Shown here: in pieces, positions 11,530 through 25,999 of the stretch
Position numbering within the stretch: position 1 is the first letter of the stretch
Layout of the letters: every line of letters begins with the position of its first letter
The notes under the pieces: generated by a model
What the model was told of the DNA's origin: nothing
What the model saw: the letters and a program-made list of their open reading frames with translations, nothing else
Databases searched by the model: none
Made by a program: the position numbers and the translations under genes
NCBI GenBank assembly: GCA_964016885.1
Contig: OZ024742.1
Location: forward strand, 279,248,001-279,312,000
Direction: 5' to 3'
Origin: Eledone cirrhosa
Lineage: Eukaryota
DNA: 64,000 nucleotides

Positions 11530-13560
11530 TGTCTGCTACTACTTGGCAGAGGAGTGTTAACCTTCATTGAACATTGCATGATCATGTCCATGAAGTTGTC
11601 TTATCAGACCCGCTTTTGTTTTGAAAGCACGTTGTTTTGAAAGCACATTCACAGATATAACTCTTGAACTGTTTGTTTCTTGACATTACCGGCTGAGGTG
11701 TTTCTTCATGTACTCTACCGTGTCTGTAGCTAACTTGCAAATTAAGCCACACACATTGAACATGAACCGTGGAGAGCGTGGCAAATGAACCACCTCCCAA
11801 GTAACTGAATTTCTCCGGGGAACTATTTTAAATGGTTGACAAATCCCGCTGTTGATAGACGTTGTCCATACGCATTGAACCTCTATTCCTGCTGGATATT
11901 GCACACAATGCATCTGAGCCCGATTTACGGAGTCAACCACTTCAAAACAGTATATTTCACTTACTTTTTCTCAAACACATCACCTCCTTACTTGATCATT
12001 CTCCATGGCGTAGGCTCTCTAGCCTATGCCTCCCAGTTCACCATATCAATCTTCAGATTTTTAACATTGTCTTTTATCATATCCCTAAACTAATTAGCTT
12101 CTTTGGTTCATTCTCTAGTTCATTCACTCTGGACAGCTTCCCATAAATTAACTGTTTAGGCAACCTTCCATATTCTATCTTCACCACATGATCGACTCAG
12201 AACATTTGGTTCATAATAATTCTCTTCTCAATATTGGTGCTGGCATTTTCTCGAGTACAGCAGCATTAGTGAATGTGTGCCCTATTATCAGCATGAAGGA
12301 ACTCCCTGACAATAGGGCCATATGTTTTGGACTTGGTGTTAAAATATCTTAGATTAAAGAATTTTCAAGAGGTTCTAAATCGGGTGTGTACACCGATTTC
12401 AAAGTCACAGTGAAGTAGAGAGAGAACAGAGGGGTGCGTGTATGTCACCCAGCTTCACAAAGATTTCCACTGAATTTGGCTCTAAAAGTGTTCTATTGAT
12501 GTTCGCATTTGCTGTCATATTTTAGTATATGTTTCTAAATATTCCATGGAATTCACGGCATCCAAGTTTCCTTAATATGACAATATGACACTGCGATTTA
12601 CAGTATCAAGGATTTTAGTAAGGTCCAAAAATACTCGGTAGAGTGGCACTTGCTGCTCAACACATTTCTCCATAAACTGATGGGCTGAGAAAATCATGTC
12701 CATAATATGCGGCCCATCTCTGAATCCCTACAGGGTCTCAGTGATAGCACCAGTGGATATCCATTTTATTAGACAATTTAGCAGGAACTTGGATAAGAAT
12801 TTTCCAACTAATTTGAAGAGACTTGACCCCCAGCCCTTGTAAATCGATAGCAAAATTGCATCTATCCTGTCTTACAGGACAGGCTCACAATGCCATACAG
12901 ATAAAACTAGCTTATGAATGGTCATAACAACATTGTCTCCTCCAAATCGGATTAGCTGAACAGGTATTTCATCCAAACCTGAAGCTTTGACTATGTTTAC
13001 CTCTATGATAGTAGACCTCATCTCATCAATGGATGAATCGTTCATCATTTCTGTCACAGTCTCCTTTTGGGGCAGTTCATTAATAAGTTCTTCAACTAGA
13101 GATGTATTATCAAAAAGTTCTTTAAATGTTCAGTCCACAGAGTCATGCTTTCTGCTTTAATGGGGATGTTCCCATTTTTGGCTTGAAAGGTGTCACTTTT
13201 AAGGGCGATAGGCCTAAAACGTGCCGTATTGGACTGTATAGTTCCTTTAAGACTCTGCAGTTTTAAGATCTTTGCATCTCTGCAGATACTTCAGACCACT
13301 AGTTATACTTTCGTGTTCTACATTGCACTTTTGATATATTTCTAGGAGATTTTCTCAGAAGTGGTCCTCACTCGATCCTCTACAAAAAAGCACTTCTCAT
13401 ACTACTTTTTCTTTTCTTCAATGAACATGGTGATTGCATCATTATCATCAAACCAGTCATGATGTTTTGTCTTCTTATGAACAAGTGCATCAAACTCAGC
13501 ACTGTAAAATTCTATTTAAAATTTTCCCCAAGTTCCATCAACGACAACTTTGCCAAATGC
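11530..13560 (-). mobile_element. Degraded RTE-like LINE (RT remnant)
   Basis: Minus-strand pieces such as KASGLDEIPVQLIRFGG...IHKLVLSVW and VFLDLTKILDTVNRS; many stops and frameshifts. Confidence 0.65.
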
Positions 13561-14137
13561 ATTGTGAAGAGCATCTCCTGCTTCTAGAGCTCGCAGCGTG
13601 GGCGGTTTGGCATTTTTTACCATTCCTGCATTAATGATACTTCTGTTAGTCTTTATGCGACAACGAACAGCCCTCAACTGCAGGTAGATGACCACCTTGA
13701 GAGTGGAACATAATTTTATGTATACACGCATACATACATACATACATACATACATACATACATAATACATACATACATAATACATACATGCATACATACA
13801 TACATACATACATAGATACACCTTTAGCTTCATACCCATCATTATTGGAGCTACGGGTTATATACCAACCCGCTTGGACCAAAGTATGACTGCACTTGGA
13901 TTTGCGGACAAAGAGCGCAGCCCCCTAATTCATAGTCAACAAATGGCTGCGATAGCTGGCACCTTCAAAATTTGCAAAACATTCTTGCGTTTCAAGGGAT
14001 GACAAATTATTTTCTTTTACAATCTTGCCACCAGGAAGGTGGCCGGTCAAAAAAATATACTCGAAATTATTATATTCATACATACACACATACATACATA
14101 CGTACATACATACATAAAGGCATACATACATACATGA

Positions 14138-14625
14138 TGTAGTGGCAAAATCACTATACTACGTAATCCGAAGAAAGGATAGCTCCGGTAATAAACCTAT
14201 GAACAGTTACAGCAATATGGAAGACATACACATCCATAATGGGAAAGAATACAGTTGGAATGTTCCAGTCAAAACCCCAATAAAATGCAAGGATAACAGA
14301 CCTGATATAATGATATGGGACAGGGAAAAGAAGGCATGCACATTATGGGAAGTTATCTGCCCTGCAGATGCCAATATAATATTAATATTAACGAATAGGA
14401 AAATATTTATGCAGAACCAACGAAGAATCTGTAGATATTCCACCCTCACTATACATTCAGATTTATACCTATGATCATTGGGGCACCCTGATATGTTCGT
14501 AACTGCCTTAATAGAAATCTTGAGAAGCTGAGATTCACAGAACCACAAAGAAGATTAGTTAGGAAATTACAAGTACAATCCACTAATGGAAGAGTAAAAA
14601 TATGTAAAACATTCCAACAATTCTG
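14138..14625 (+). mobile_element. 3' fragment of an RLE-type non-LTR retrotransposon (R4/NeSL-like restriction-like endonuclease)
   Basis: WNVPVKTPIKCKDNRPDIMIWDREKKACTLWEVICP (RPD...E motif); downstream PMIIGA. Confidence 0.7.
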
Positions 14626-16647
14626 CATGTAATAATTGCTTGTATAAATGAAAATATACCAAACATATTCTCATGCACGCATGTAACTCAACACATCCAC
14701 AACCACACATACAATAACATCCATATACACACGCACGCAGAGTTGCATACATATCTACCTAGTTGATGTTGTATTCAAATTCCAATGAAAGATTATTGTG
14801 TCTATGTTAGAAACCGAATCTCTCTACATTGGTAATACATTTATAAATTAGAAAACAAGAATAATAAACATACACACATACATACACACACATACATACA
14901 TAATGCATACATAAATACATACACACATGCATACATACGCATATACACACATACACACACACATACATGCATTTATACATACACCAGACTATTAGATTTC
15001 AAATATATTCATGTCTTAAATAACGAGAGAATTTTCTCTCCCTCCCTCTCTCTCTCTCTATATATATATATATATTAACTTCACTATAAATTCAATCATT
15101 CGATGTAGTCATTGTTTTTTGTTATGTTTGCTTTGAAACATTTCCATGATTTGTGTTTATTATGTTTCATGTTTTCCGATTAATGAAAAAAACATAAGTT
15201 ACATAACTTTCCAAATTTTCTATCCATCAATACAATGAAACACACTACACTCGTCTATAGTGATAAAGTTGTTATTGTATAATTCATCCATGTTCGAACA
15301 AACCTATGATTAAATCCATTCGAGCAGTGGCCATTCGTTTCTTCTAAGAATATCGCAAACTACGTTTTACAGTTTCTCTATTTTGTTTAGACGATAGTTT
15401 TCTTTTCAGTGAGAATGAGGTTTCGAGTCTTGTAAATGGTCAATATCTATATTCATATACTGACGACAATTTATATTCATATACTGACGACAATTTATAT
15501 TTGTAAAATATAATTTTCCAAACATTTGGTACCGCAAATAATAGCTAGCAAATAAAGGTGGGATTGAAATTGGAATACGAGATGGAAGAGAACGGACAAA
15601 CTAGGATTTTACGGTAAGGACATATCAGTTAATAGAGACCGTGGTACAAAATGCCTTTGTGTATATAACTACAGTTTAATGGTTGATCTGGAAATAAAAC
15701 AGCAGCAAAAACACAAACAAAACTAGCGATGATATAAATAGCAAATGAGGCAGCCCTCACCCCAGTATCACCAACACCAATAAGAATAACTACAAGGCAA
15801 CACCACCAAAACATAGACATATATATAAGTGAATATGCGTGTGTGTGTGTTTGTGTTTGCACCATTATGTGGTTATGTCAATATATTCGTGCGTGTGTTA
15901 CTCAAACTAAATATATTGACTAAAGAAAGAAATGATAAACGTTTCAATAGCTACGTGGTATTCAAAAGTAAAAGAATCATATTTAAACCCCATATTATGA
16001 ACATTAAACTGTGTTTGAGTTGGAAGACAAAATATATTAGAACATAAAGTAAGGCAAAATATTAGTAGAAAGTTGTCGATGTCGATGAGAATTACCTCTA
16101 TATTGTAAAGTAAAGCATATTGCTGTATACAAAATTAATAAGATGACCTCAAGAATATAAATATATAACATAATGTGAGATAAATACGGTTAAAATATTT
16201 CATTTATTTCATTTCTCCATCTATAAAGTGTGGTAAGTGCACGGAAGATAGAAATAAACAAACAATAAAAGAAAATGCAATATTTAAATCATTAAACATC
16301 ACGACAAATTATACAGGCGTTTCATTTCGAGCAAACAGTGAATAGAGTGAGTTTAAACAAAAACAGTCTTATAAATATTTCAAATATTTCCACAAAGTTC
16401 CAAGGCGTTTATAATTTAGAAATAACAAATGGAAATGAGGAAGTTATCAAACCGTATGTTTAATAATCTAATTGATGCACAAAATATAAAGCAAAATGGC
16501 GTTTCGTAACGATAAAATATAGCTAAAAATTATATACTTTCTGATATGTATTTAGATTGATCTTTCGTTATAACAGGAATGGTTCAAATATATATCTATA
16601 CGTGTGCGTACCTGTTTGTATGCATGTATGTTTGCATGCATATATAC

Positions 16648-16783
<136 letters not shown>

Positions 16784-16790
16784 CTACACA

Positions 16791-16827
<37 letters not shown>

Positions 16828-16898
16828 ATCTACACGTCCCTATATATGCATATACATCGACACACATATATATGTGTGTACATCGATACCTATACTAC

Positions 16899-16936
<38 letters not shown>

Positions 16937-16937
16937 G

Positions 16938-16974
<37 letters not shown>

Positions 16975-17366
16975 CATGTCATCAATTGAAGCTGGGGAAA
17001 AATAAACAAACTAACAAAGGTGCATGTAAGTACATTTATTATAATTCTCGCTGACAATAAATATTCCTCACTGTGAGTTCTACCATATATTTACGACAAG
17101 TTGGAAACATAGATCTCCCATCACAATATAAAAAAACTATAAATATTTCCTATAACATATTGTAGTAATTATACGAAGTAGTGTTGAAATATGGCCAGAG
17201 CTAGAGAACAATTGCAACGAAAGAATCTAAAGAGGGTGGAGTAATTGAAACGAATTTGGAAAACGAAATTGGAGTGAAGTACAATAGAAACATGCGAAAT
17301 CACACATACACAAACATATACATCCATGCAAACATATATAATTATATATTTATTTATTTCTCATAT

Positions 17367-17534
<168 letters not shown>

Positions 17535-18035
17535 GTCTACATACACACATATATATATATATAGATATAAATATATATTTATATATGTATATATGTATTT
17601 ATGGATGTATGCATATTTATATACATTGCTTCATAGCCCTTCCATCTTCAAAATTTCTATTGTTCTCTCCAATCTCGTCTTTCAAAATCAATTGAATTGC
17701 TTCACTCTCTTTAGGTCCTTTCTTTATAATTGTAATGTACACACACACATACACACACACATACACACACAAACACACACACCACATATATATATATATA
17801 TATATATAAGAATGGAAGAGGTAAAAACCGGTTAGACGATTACTACCAGAGTAAATACATAGGGCTGTAAAGTGGATAATATGAAAATTCAGGACGCTGA
17901 CGGCCGCGCTTCTCTCGTTTCAACGGCTAGATCCGAAAGAGGTCGCGAAATTTCATATATGATTTCATGTATGATGATTTCTCACGAACAGTTCTAGTCT
18001 TGTAGAAGCTCTTCTATGTTAAAACATATTTATAT

Positions 18036-18637
<602 letters not shown>

Positions 18638-18662
18638 TACTTATATACACACACGCACACAC

Positions 18663-18694
<32 letters not shown>

Positions 18695-18696
18695 AT

Positions 18697-19552
18697 ATTT
18701 ATTAAGATAGCAGATTAAAGTTTAAGTAAAGAATCGCTGCTTTCACCCTTAACGGGATCTTCTGAAACTAACAAAGTCAATCTGTGTACGCAGAAGTGAA
18801 TATTTCAAAAAACGTTGCAACCGGAGGAAAACAGGAAGGCAGGAAGACGATATTTTGGTTCGTGGCGACGTTCCCTGGCAAAGAACGGGAAAAAAACGAA
18901 TATAATACGTCATTAATAAGAGCGGTGAAAAACAATTACACGTAAAGACAAAACCACGTTTATGGTATAAAAGAAGTCGTAAACTAATATTCAATTAGAT
19001 GGTTCATAGTGACGTTCTCTGGCAATGAACGGAAAAAAACGAAGATAATACGTCATATGTGGAGCGGGGAGAACAATTGCACGCAAAGACAAAACCACGT
19101 AAATGGTATAACTGAAGTCGTAGACTAAAATTCTAACTAGGAAACCGAATGATTCCCGGCTTCAGAGTTAAGAATAAAGTAAATAAAATTGAAATTAAAT
19201 AAATACATACACGCATCTATATACGTACATACACAAGCATACCGCTCCAAATAATGACGTTTATATTCGTTTTTTCCCGTTCTTTGCCTGGGAACGTTTC
19301 CACGAACCAAAGTATCGTCTTCGTGTCTTCCTCTGGTTGCAACGTTTTTTGAAATATTCACTTCTGCGTTCACAGATTGACTTTGTTAATTTCATAAGAT
19401 CCCGTTAAGGCTGAAAGCAGCGATTCTTTGCTTAAACTTTAATCTGTTATTTTAATAAATATTTGCGTTACGGTTCTTATATATTTGATATATATTTATC
19501 CTTATGGAGCCCTCTTTGGATTTTAGTCTTCAAATTTATTATTATTACTATA
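18697..19552. mobile_element. Fold-back module, family C: arms ~18697-18926 and ~19241-19461, internal ~135-bp direct repeat, 3' tail to 19552
   Basis: Arms are reverse complements; ~18857-18997 is similar to ~19001-19140; related pieces at 8485 and 39930. Confidence 0.85.
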
Positions 19553-19876
19553 TACATATATATATTCATGTATATATGTGTGTGTCCGCATGTATCTGTG
19601 TTTCTAAATATATTAATAACTCCCTCTGGTCGAGCAATCTTTGAAGTGTGAGGACAATTGGAAAGCTTCCATTACTCATACTTCTCGCCTTCTTCACTAC
19701 CTCTTCTACGGCCTCGATATGAATACCCCCTCCGCCTCCGTGGTATTTTCTTCGTGGTTATAAGAGGCTTAGCTCTGTTTCTCGACCGTTATATCGCGTG
19801 ACTATCTCCCCCTCCGCCTTTTGGGATTCTTTCTCACGTCGTGTAGACGCGTTCTTGAGACTAGTAAAATGAGGTA

Positions 19877-19964
19877 TCCTCTTGATAAGTCGGCAGACCT
19901 CGCAGGGACTCTATATCTTTGATATATTGTTTTTGTTTATGCCACGAAACTACGTAGTCGAGGA
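19877..19964 (+). ncRNA. Hammerhead ribozyme with U3-A8 variant core
   Basis: TCCTC-TTGATAA-GTcGGCA...TGCCAC-GAAAC-TACGTA-GTC-GAGGA. Confidence 0.72.
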
Positions 19965-20030
19965 ATTTAGGAACAGTTTAGGTATGATACATTTTATTAC
20001 TAATTATATCTAAATGTTTCTTCTCTCTTC

Positions 20031-20090
<60 letters not shown>

Positions 20091-20091
<1 letters not shown>

Positions 20092-20478
20092 GTAATATCC
20101 GTCTTGTGGGCTGTGTATTGAAGAAAGGATAAATACTCTAAGGAGATTACGCAATAGCGATTGCCTAAATTCAAGAATTGAAGTCTTCTCACGTTGTCCA
20201 CATGTCTGTATAACTACAAAGCTTCGGATTGAATAACAACAACATTCTAATTTTCTAATCAACTCGAACATCTTTTGCGGACTTTCTCAGTTATCTCCCT
20301 TATACCCCTTCACCCGTGCCTTTGTATCGCTTGGGTGAAGTGACCGTTTCTGTGCATGCGCGTTCATACGGTTGTTCTTCCTGTTCCGTATAACCATGAC
20401 CAGTCCGAGCTGAAGATCCGCTAAGGTGAAACAATTGTTCTCGGTATGGTTAACTAACTGTTGTGCTACTACTTCTAT
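20091..20478 (+). mobile_element. 3' end of a second Naiad-type PLE family
   Basis: Encodes PSCGLCIEERINTLRRLRNSDCLNSRIEVFSRCPH; homologous to the minus strand of 40200-40600; ends in (TA)n. Confidence 0.82.
20405..20444 (+). ncRNA. Minimal hammerhead ribozyme (second PLE family)
   Basis: CCGAG-CTGAAGA-TCC.GCTAA.GGT-GAAAC-AATT-GTT-CTCGG; perfect stem I and palindromic AACAATTGTT. Confidence 0.82.
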
Positions 20479-20863
20479 ATATATATATATATATACAATT
20501 TATGAGTGTCACGTTGCCAATATAATCGCATGCACGAGGTAAGTTTCCCTTCAGTTTTGTTAGTGATTAATAATTAATCCATACTTCGGTGATATAGTAT
20601 CAGGGTGGTTATTTATTGATTTATTGATCATATTTTATTAACAAAGTGCTTTCGCCACACCTTCAGTGACCTTCTCAACAATCCTTTTTGCTCCACTTTT
20701 TCTCCTTTATATTTTCATCTTCTTTAGTTTCTCTTTTGCGTATGTAATCCAGTTGTGTGTGTTTCCATCTTGTGTGCTACTACTATGATGTGTGCTACTA
20801 CTATGACTGGAAATTTACATATTGGATTAAACTCTGAACTTTTTTGATCAATTTTACTGTGGA

Positions 20864-20905
<42 letters not shown>

Positions 20906-23900
20906 TATAGAAATATTAAAGTTGGTTGTACTGCACTGGATAGAACTGGTCATTCCTATAGTTAATCATGATGCAATGGTAGGAAAACTCTCAACGGGAA
21001 CGGAGTTATATACAATTGAATAAAGTGACAGGAGGTCGGATTGTTGTAACTTCTCCTATTTTTGCGGACACTATATATATTTCAATGGTCAGTAGAATTC
21101 CGGCAACATGGTCAGGTGCAATGCATAGTGGTAGATGTATACATATTTATGGAACGGTTTTTATACGACTTTCAGTATTTATTCCGATTCTGTAAGCTTT
21201 TAGTTCAAATCACACCTAATTAACACCTAATAATCACATACAATAGTTCTTGTCTAGGGGAATGTGAAAATATATTGATCCTATAATTATTCTGATGTTG
21301 GACTTCTGTCGGCTTGACGAGCAGCTAAAACTCAGTTAGTCACCGAATGCAAATAACATCACTAATTTCTCTATACAGCCGTTTGAATGTTATATACTGT
21401 TTTCTACAGCTGTATGCTCCTGTATACGACTATAATTGTGTGCAGCGTTATAAACGATACAGTGTTTGTTTTGAAACACACCTTATTTGCAGTTTAGTAA
21501 AGTTACGTTGCACATTTATGATATTACATGATATGATCAATTCAGTTTGGGATTTCTTTTTGCTTTCAGTTTAGTTAATAGATCTCTCGCTAAACGGTGA
21601 ACTGTTTATAATTGTAAATATAAAATCGTATTGTATCTTCCAAATTTATTTGAATTCATCTTTATGCGAGAAAGTGGTTCTTCATAGTCAGTTTTCGTTA
21701 TATACTCCTACATCTAGTTTGATTTAACGATGTTATCAAAGGTGACGATGGAAACGTTGAAATATGTATCGTGCAAGGTAATATCAATGATAATGTCACA
21801 GGTGTACCATGAAGTGCTTTTAAAATATTGGCAGAGAAAGGGGAAATAAGGTTCAATTTCCACCATTTATATATGGTCAGTATGACAGCCAAAGTAAAGA
21901 GAAATAATATAGAAACTCCCATCTTTAAAATGGCTGAAAGCAATGGCATAAAATACGTATGCATAAGTGTGTGCGATTGCTTGGATTTGCGTGTTGTGTT
22001 GTTTGTAATTGTTGTATTTTCCTTGTAATCTTCTACCAGATGCTCTCTTTTAAGATTGGCAGCTGCAAAAGGAATACGATTCAGGCTATTTAATTCAAGT
22101 GTTTCAAACAATATTTATTACATCGGGGAGTCGGTATTATTGTATTCTCAGTTTATTAATCAGTTTACTTTACTTGGGGGAGGTATTTCGACTCGCAAGA
22201 TACTTAATATGTACTCACCATGTTTTATAACATCATGCCGTTGCAGATGTTGCACCGGAGGGATATATTCCAATTGTTTGGCTTTCGCCTTTGTCATCTT
22301 TATAATCATTACTATGATATATAGATATTTGTTGCGATGTGTGTTATATTTTTTATTGTTTGCTTCTATTGATCATATAAACCGTGTATTGAATAAATCT
22401 AACAAATATAACTGGTGGTTATATTATTGTAAATATAACCGATATCGTTGTTCCTTTTTAATATATCTTTTCTCTTCGTAAACTATTCGTTTGCTTGCAT
22501 TTCACCTGTTTTACCAGTCTCTATATAGAATTGTTATGACATTTTAGTGTAAATAAGTATATCAGTTTCTAATTCGATCGGAGAGTGTTTTACATTATAT
22601 TCAGATATATATTTATGATAGAAAAATGTATTGTTAACTTTAACTTTCGTATATAAAGTATGTTTACACTATTAAATTGCTTCCAAATAAACTGCTCTTA
22701 GATATTAGGTAGCACATTCAGAGAAGCACCCTCTATAGTTAATTTGTATTAAATAAGATGGAGTTTTGTTCCCTTGAGCATATATATACTGATTTATTTT
22801 TACTTAAGATTATCTTTATTAAGAGAAGAGTACGTCGTCGCTATTGTCACCAGCATCACACTGACCTATACAGTTCCTTGCTGACACACAGGTCTAGGCA
22901 ATTCCTGACTAGAAAGTAGAATATTGGTTTACAGTAGGACTCTGGTGAATTAGATAATATAATCCTCCCAGCGTTGCCTGATGGCAAATTTCATTGATAA
23001 TTCCAGACTATATCACAGTCCAAAACACCAAAATACATTGAATAAAACAACAGTTCAGATGATTGATAGACCAAATATTAACAGTAACATCAACCCTGCT
23101 GCTATCTCTATATATACAACCCACCCCCACACCACAAAAAAACTCCACACTATTGCAGGTCGAGAACTGCCTAAAAGTGTGTCAAGAGTACGTATTACCA
23201 GCGTCCTACTTGAGGTGGTGTAAGTCACAAAATATGACATTAAACTTGACACAGACGTGGGTTTACTCCTAATTGTTATACAACTTCATTTCTGTAACCT
23301 AATATTAATAAACATTTTTAGGTTAATGTCAGTGATTCCAGTACGCTTTTTAAATACTTTTACTAGCAACAAATTGAGAACGTGTGAGATTTTGACAATT
23401 CGGCAGTTTCTTTACACCAGCGTCTTTTACTCCATAATGCATATAAGCAGCGAATTAAAGGACTTCAGATAAAATTGTTTGTTGTATTCGTTCTGAGATC
23501 AAACATTGTCTAGGTAAACTTTGCCTTTCATCATTTCGTCGTCAATAAACAAAGTGCCAGGCCAGCTCTGGCATATATTATTTCACTGTCTTTCTTACGT
23601 ACTTTCATTATATCGCTCTCACTATATCTTTTGCTGAAAGAAATCGCCATGTTTCAGACCTAAGGAGGGATGGGATTAAATGAACATGAAAAGCAATCAC
23701 ATTTTCAAGGTCAATAGAGTAATAAATTGGTAAATATAAACAATAAAATCATCTTACCCTTTATTTCTCCGTTGACGAGGCATCGGGCGTCTATAATTTT
23801 AACATCAAACTGCTAGGAATACGATCGCATCGAGAGTACAGGAATATATTGTGTATTTAATTCAACATGAAAATTATATTATTTTTCAATATAATAATCT

Positions 23901-24080
23901 GTATTAAATCTCAAAAGAGTCTAATCACTCTAGCTCTTCGTCTTTATATCAGTATATCATTACTATAAAACAACGTTTTATTTTTCACTGTATTGAGTTG
24001 CCTGCTTATCTCGTCCCACAAAAAATATATATGATATTTGCTCCCAAATTACTTTATGTATAAGTGTATATTTGAGTGTG

Positions 24081-24187
<107 letters not shown>

Positions 24188-24350
24188 GTATGTATGTATG
24201 TATATATATGCATATGTGTAAGTATGTGTCTCTGTGTACGTGTACAAGCACAGATAAATGCATATAAATATGGATTCTACATATTATTCAGCTCACGTAA
24301 GTCAACCAGATTATGTTTTGTATATATATATATATATATATATATGAATG

Positions 24351-24387
<37 letters not shown>

Positions 24388-24950
24388 GTGTGTGTCTGAG
24401 CGTGTGTTTAATGTTATATCGACATCCATCAAAGTGCCACTGGAAATACAGAGATAATTTCATTAAGTCTATCAACAAGTGGAGTAAACATACACATACT
24501 CTCACACGAGTACGCCTAAACAAAAAGGCGTATACGCACAATCACTCACAAATACAGCGATACGCAGAAAAAGGAATGCACATACACATCATAAACATCA
24601 ACCCACACAATGATACAAACTTTCATGCGAACATACATATAAACACAAACGTACTAACACATCCAGATACACAAACACGCAAACTTACACTCATAAAAAA
24701 AACAACCATACCTTCATATCGAAAAACACATGAACAGCTATAAAAAAACAAACGCATACACAGGCACATACACATACAGAAAGATACAAACCTTACATCT
24801 TACACAAATAGCTCCTCCTCACCTCCCACACACACATTTTCCTTTCTGTTGAGATTAAGCAATTTTGAAATCTGTATTCTACTCATATTGATGACAGACC
24901 GAGTTATTCAGATAAAGAAACATCCAACCCGCACATACACACAATTTTAT

Positions 24951-24985
<35 letters not shown>

Positions 24986-25108
24986 TGTATATATATATCC
25001 ACAAATACATGTATAAACACATATCTATATATAAATACATATATGTATATATATGTGTGTATATATATGTGTGTATATATATGTATATATATATATATAT
25101 ATAATATA

Positions 25109-25150
<42 letters not shown>

Positions 25151-25424
25151 TGTGGATCCGATTTTTGTGAGGATACATATGAACATCTTTAATACACCGA
25201 TTACATTTCAGTAGGCATATATTTCGAAAAATAAGTTAAATCAAATAAATTTTAACATACATTTGTACGTGTCGTAAAATAATTAAATTGATTAGATGAG
25301 AAAAAAATATATAGTGTACGAAATAAATAAATAAATAAATAAATAAATTGATGAATAAATATATAAAAATATAAATACACATAAAATAATAATTATTTCT
25401 ACTACACATAAAATAATAATGTTT

Positions 25425-25562
25425 TCTGACGTAGGCATAAGACCAACATATTTTAGTAGAGGAGAAAGTCGACTAAACCGACCCCAGTGCGTGACTGGTA
25501 CTTTATTTAATTGGCCCCGTAAGAATGAAAGGCAAAGCAAACATTGGCATCATTTGAACTCT
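25425..25562 (-). mobile_element. Partial tRNA-derived SINE
   Basis: Matches the SINE body (ACCCCAGTGC...CTGGTACTTTATTT...GAATGAAAGGCAAAG...TTTGAACTC). Confidence 0.65.
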
Positions 25563-25640
25563 AATAATGATTTCTGATTTAGGCACAAGGCCAGCAACGT
25601 TGGTGATGATGCTGATGCTGATGACGATGATGACGTATGC

Positions 25641-25681
<41 letters not shown>

Positions 25682-25999
25682 ATGATGACGGCGATAGTGA
25701 TGTTGTTTCGTCGGCCACAAGGGCGGCTGATATTGGTGATAATACAAGGAAGAGATTAGCGTTTACACTAAAGAAATGAAAAGGGATATCACCAATGAGA
25801 AACAAGTAGGCATAACAACAATAGATTACACTGTTGTTTCACGGGCATGGAAAATGGCCTCTCATGGTCATCTTTCCTTCTTCTTAGAAAAGCATAGGCA
25901 GAGTAGATACATCAAGACTCCTCAAATACACTGCTTTCACCCATCTTTAAAAAAACTCACATAAAGGTTGCACCTCCCTCCCTAGCCACACATTATTCA

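Noticed and set aside
21550-23260. Possible decayed Helitron, viral or host coding sequence
   Set aside because: No motif I can confidently recognise.
23750-23830. Possible minus-strand host exon (GTAAG donor near 23756)
   Set aside because: Short, no recognisable peptide and no supporting neighbouring exons; cannot be confirmed without RNA data.
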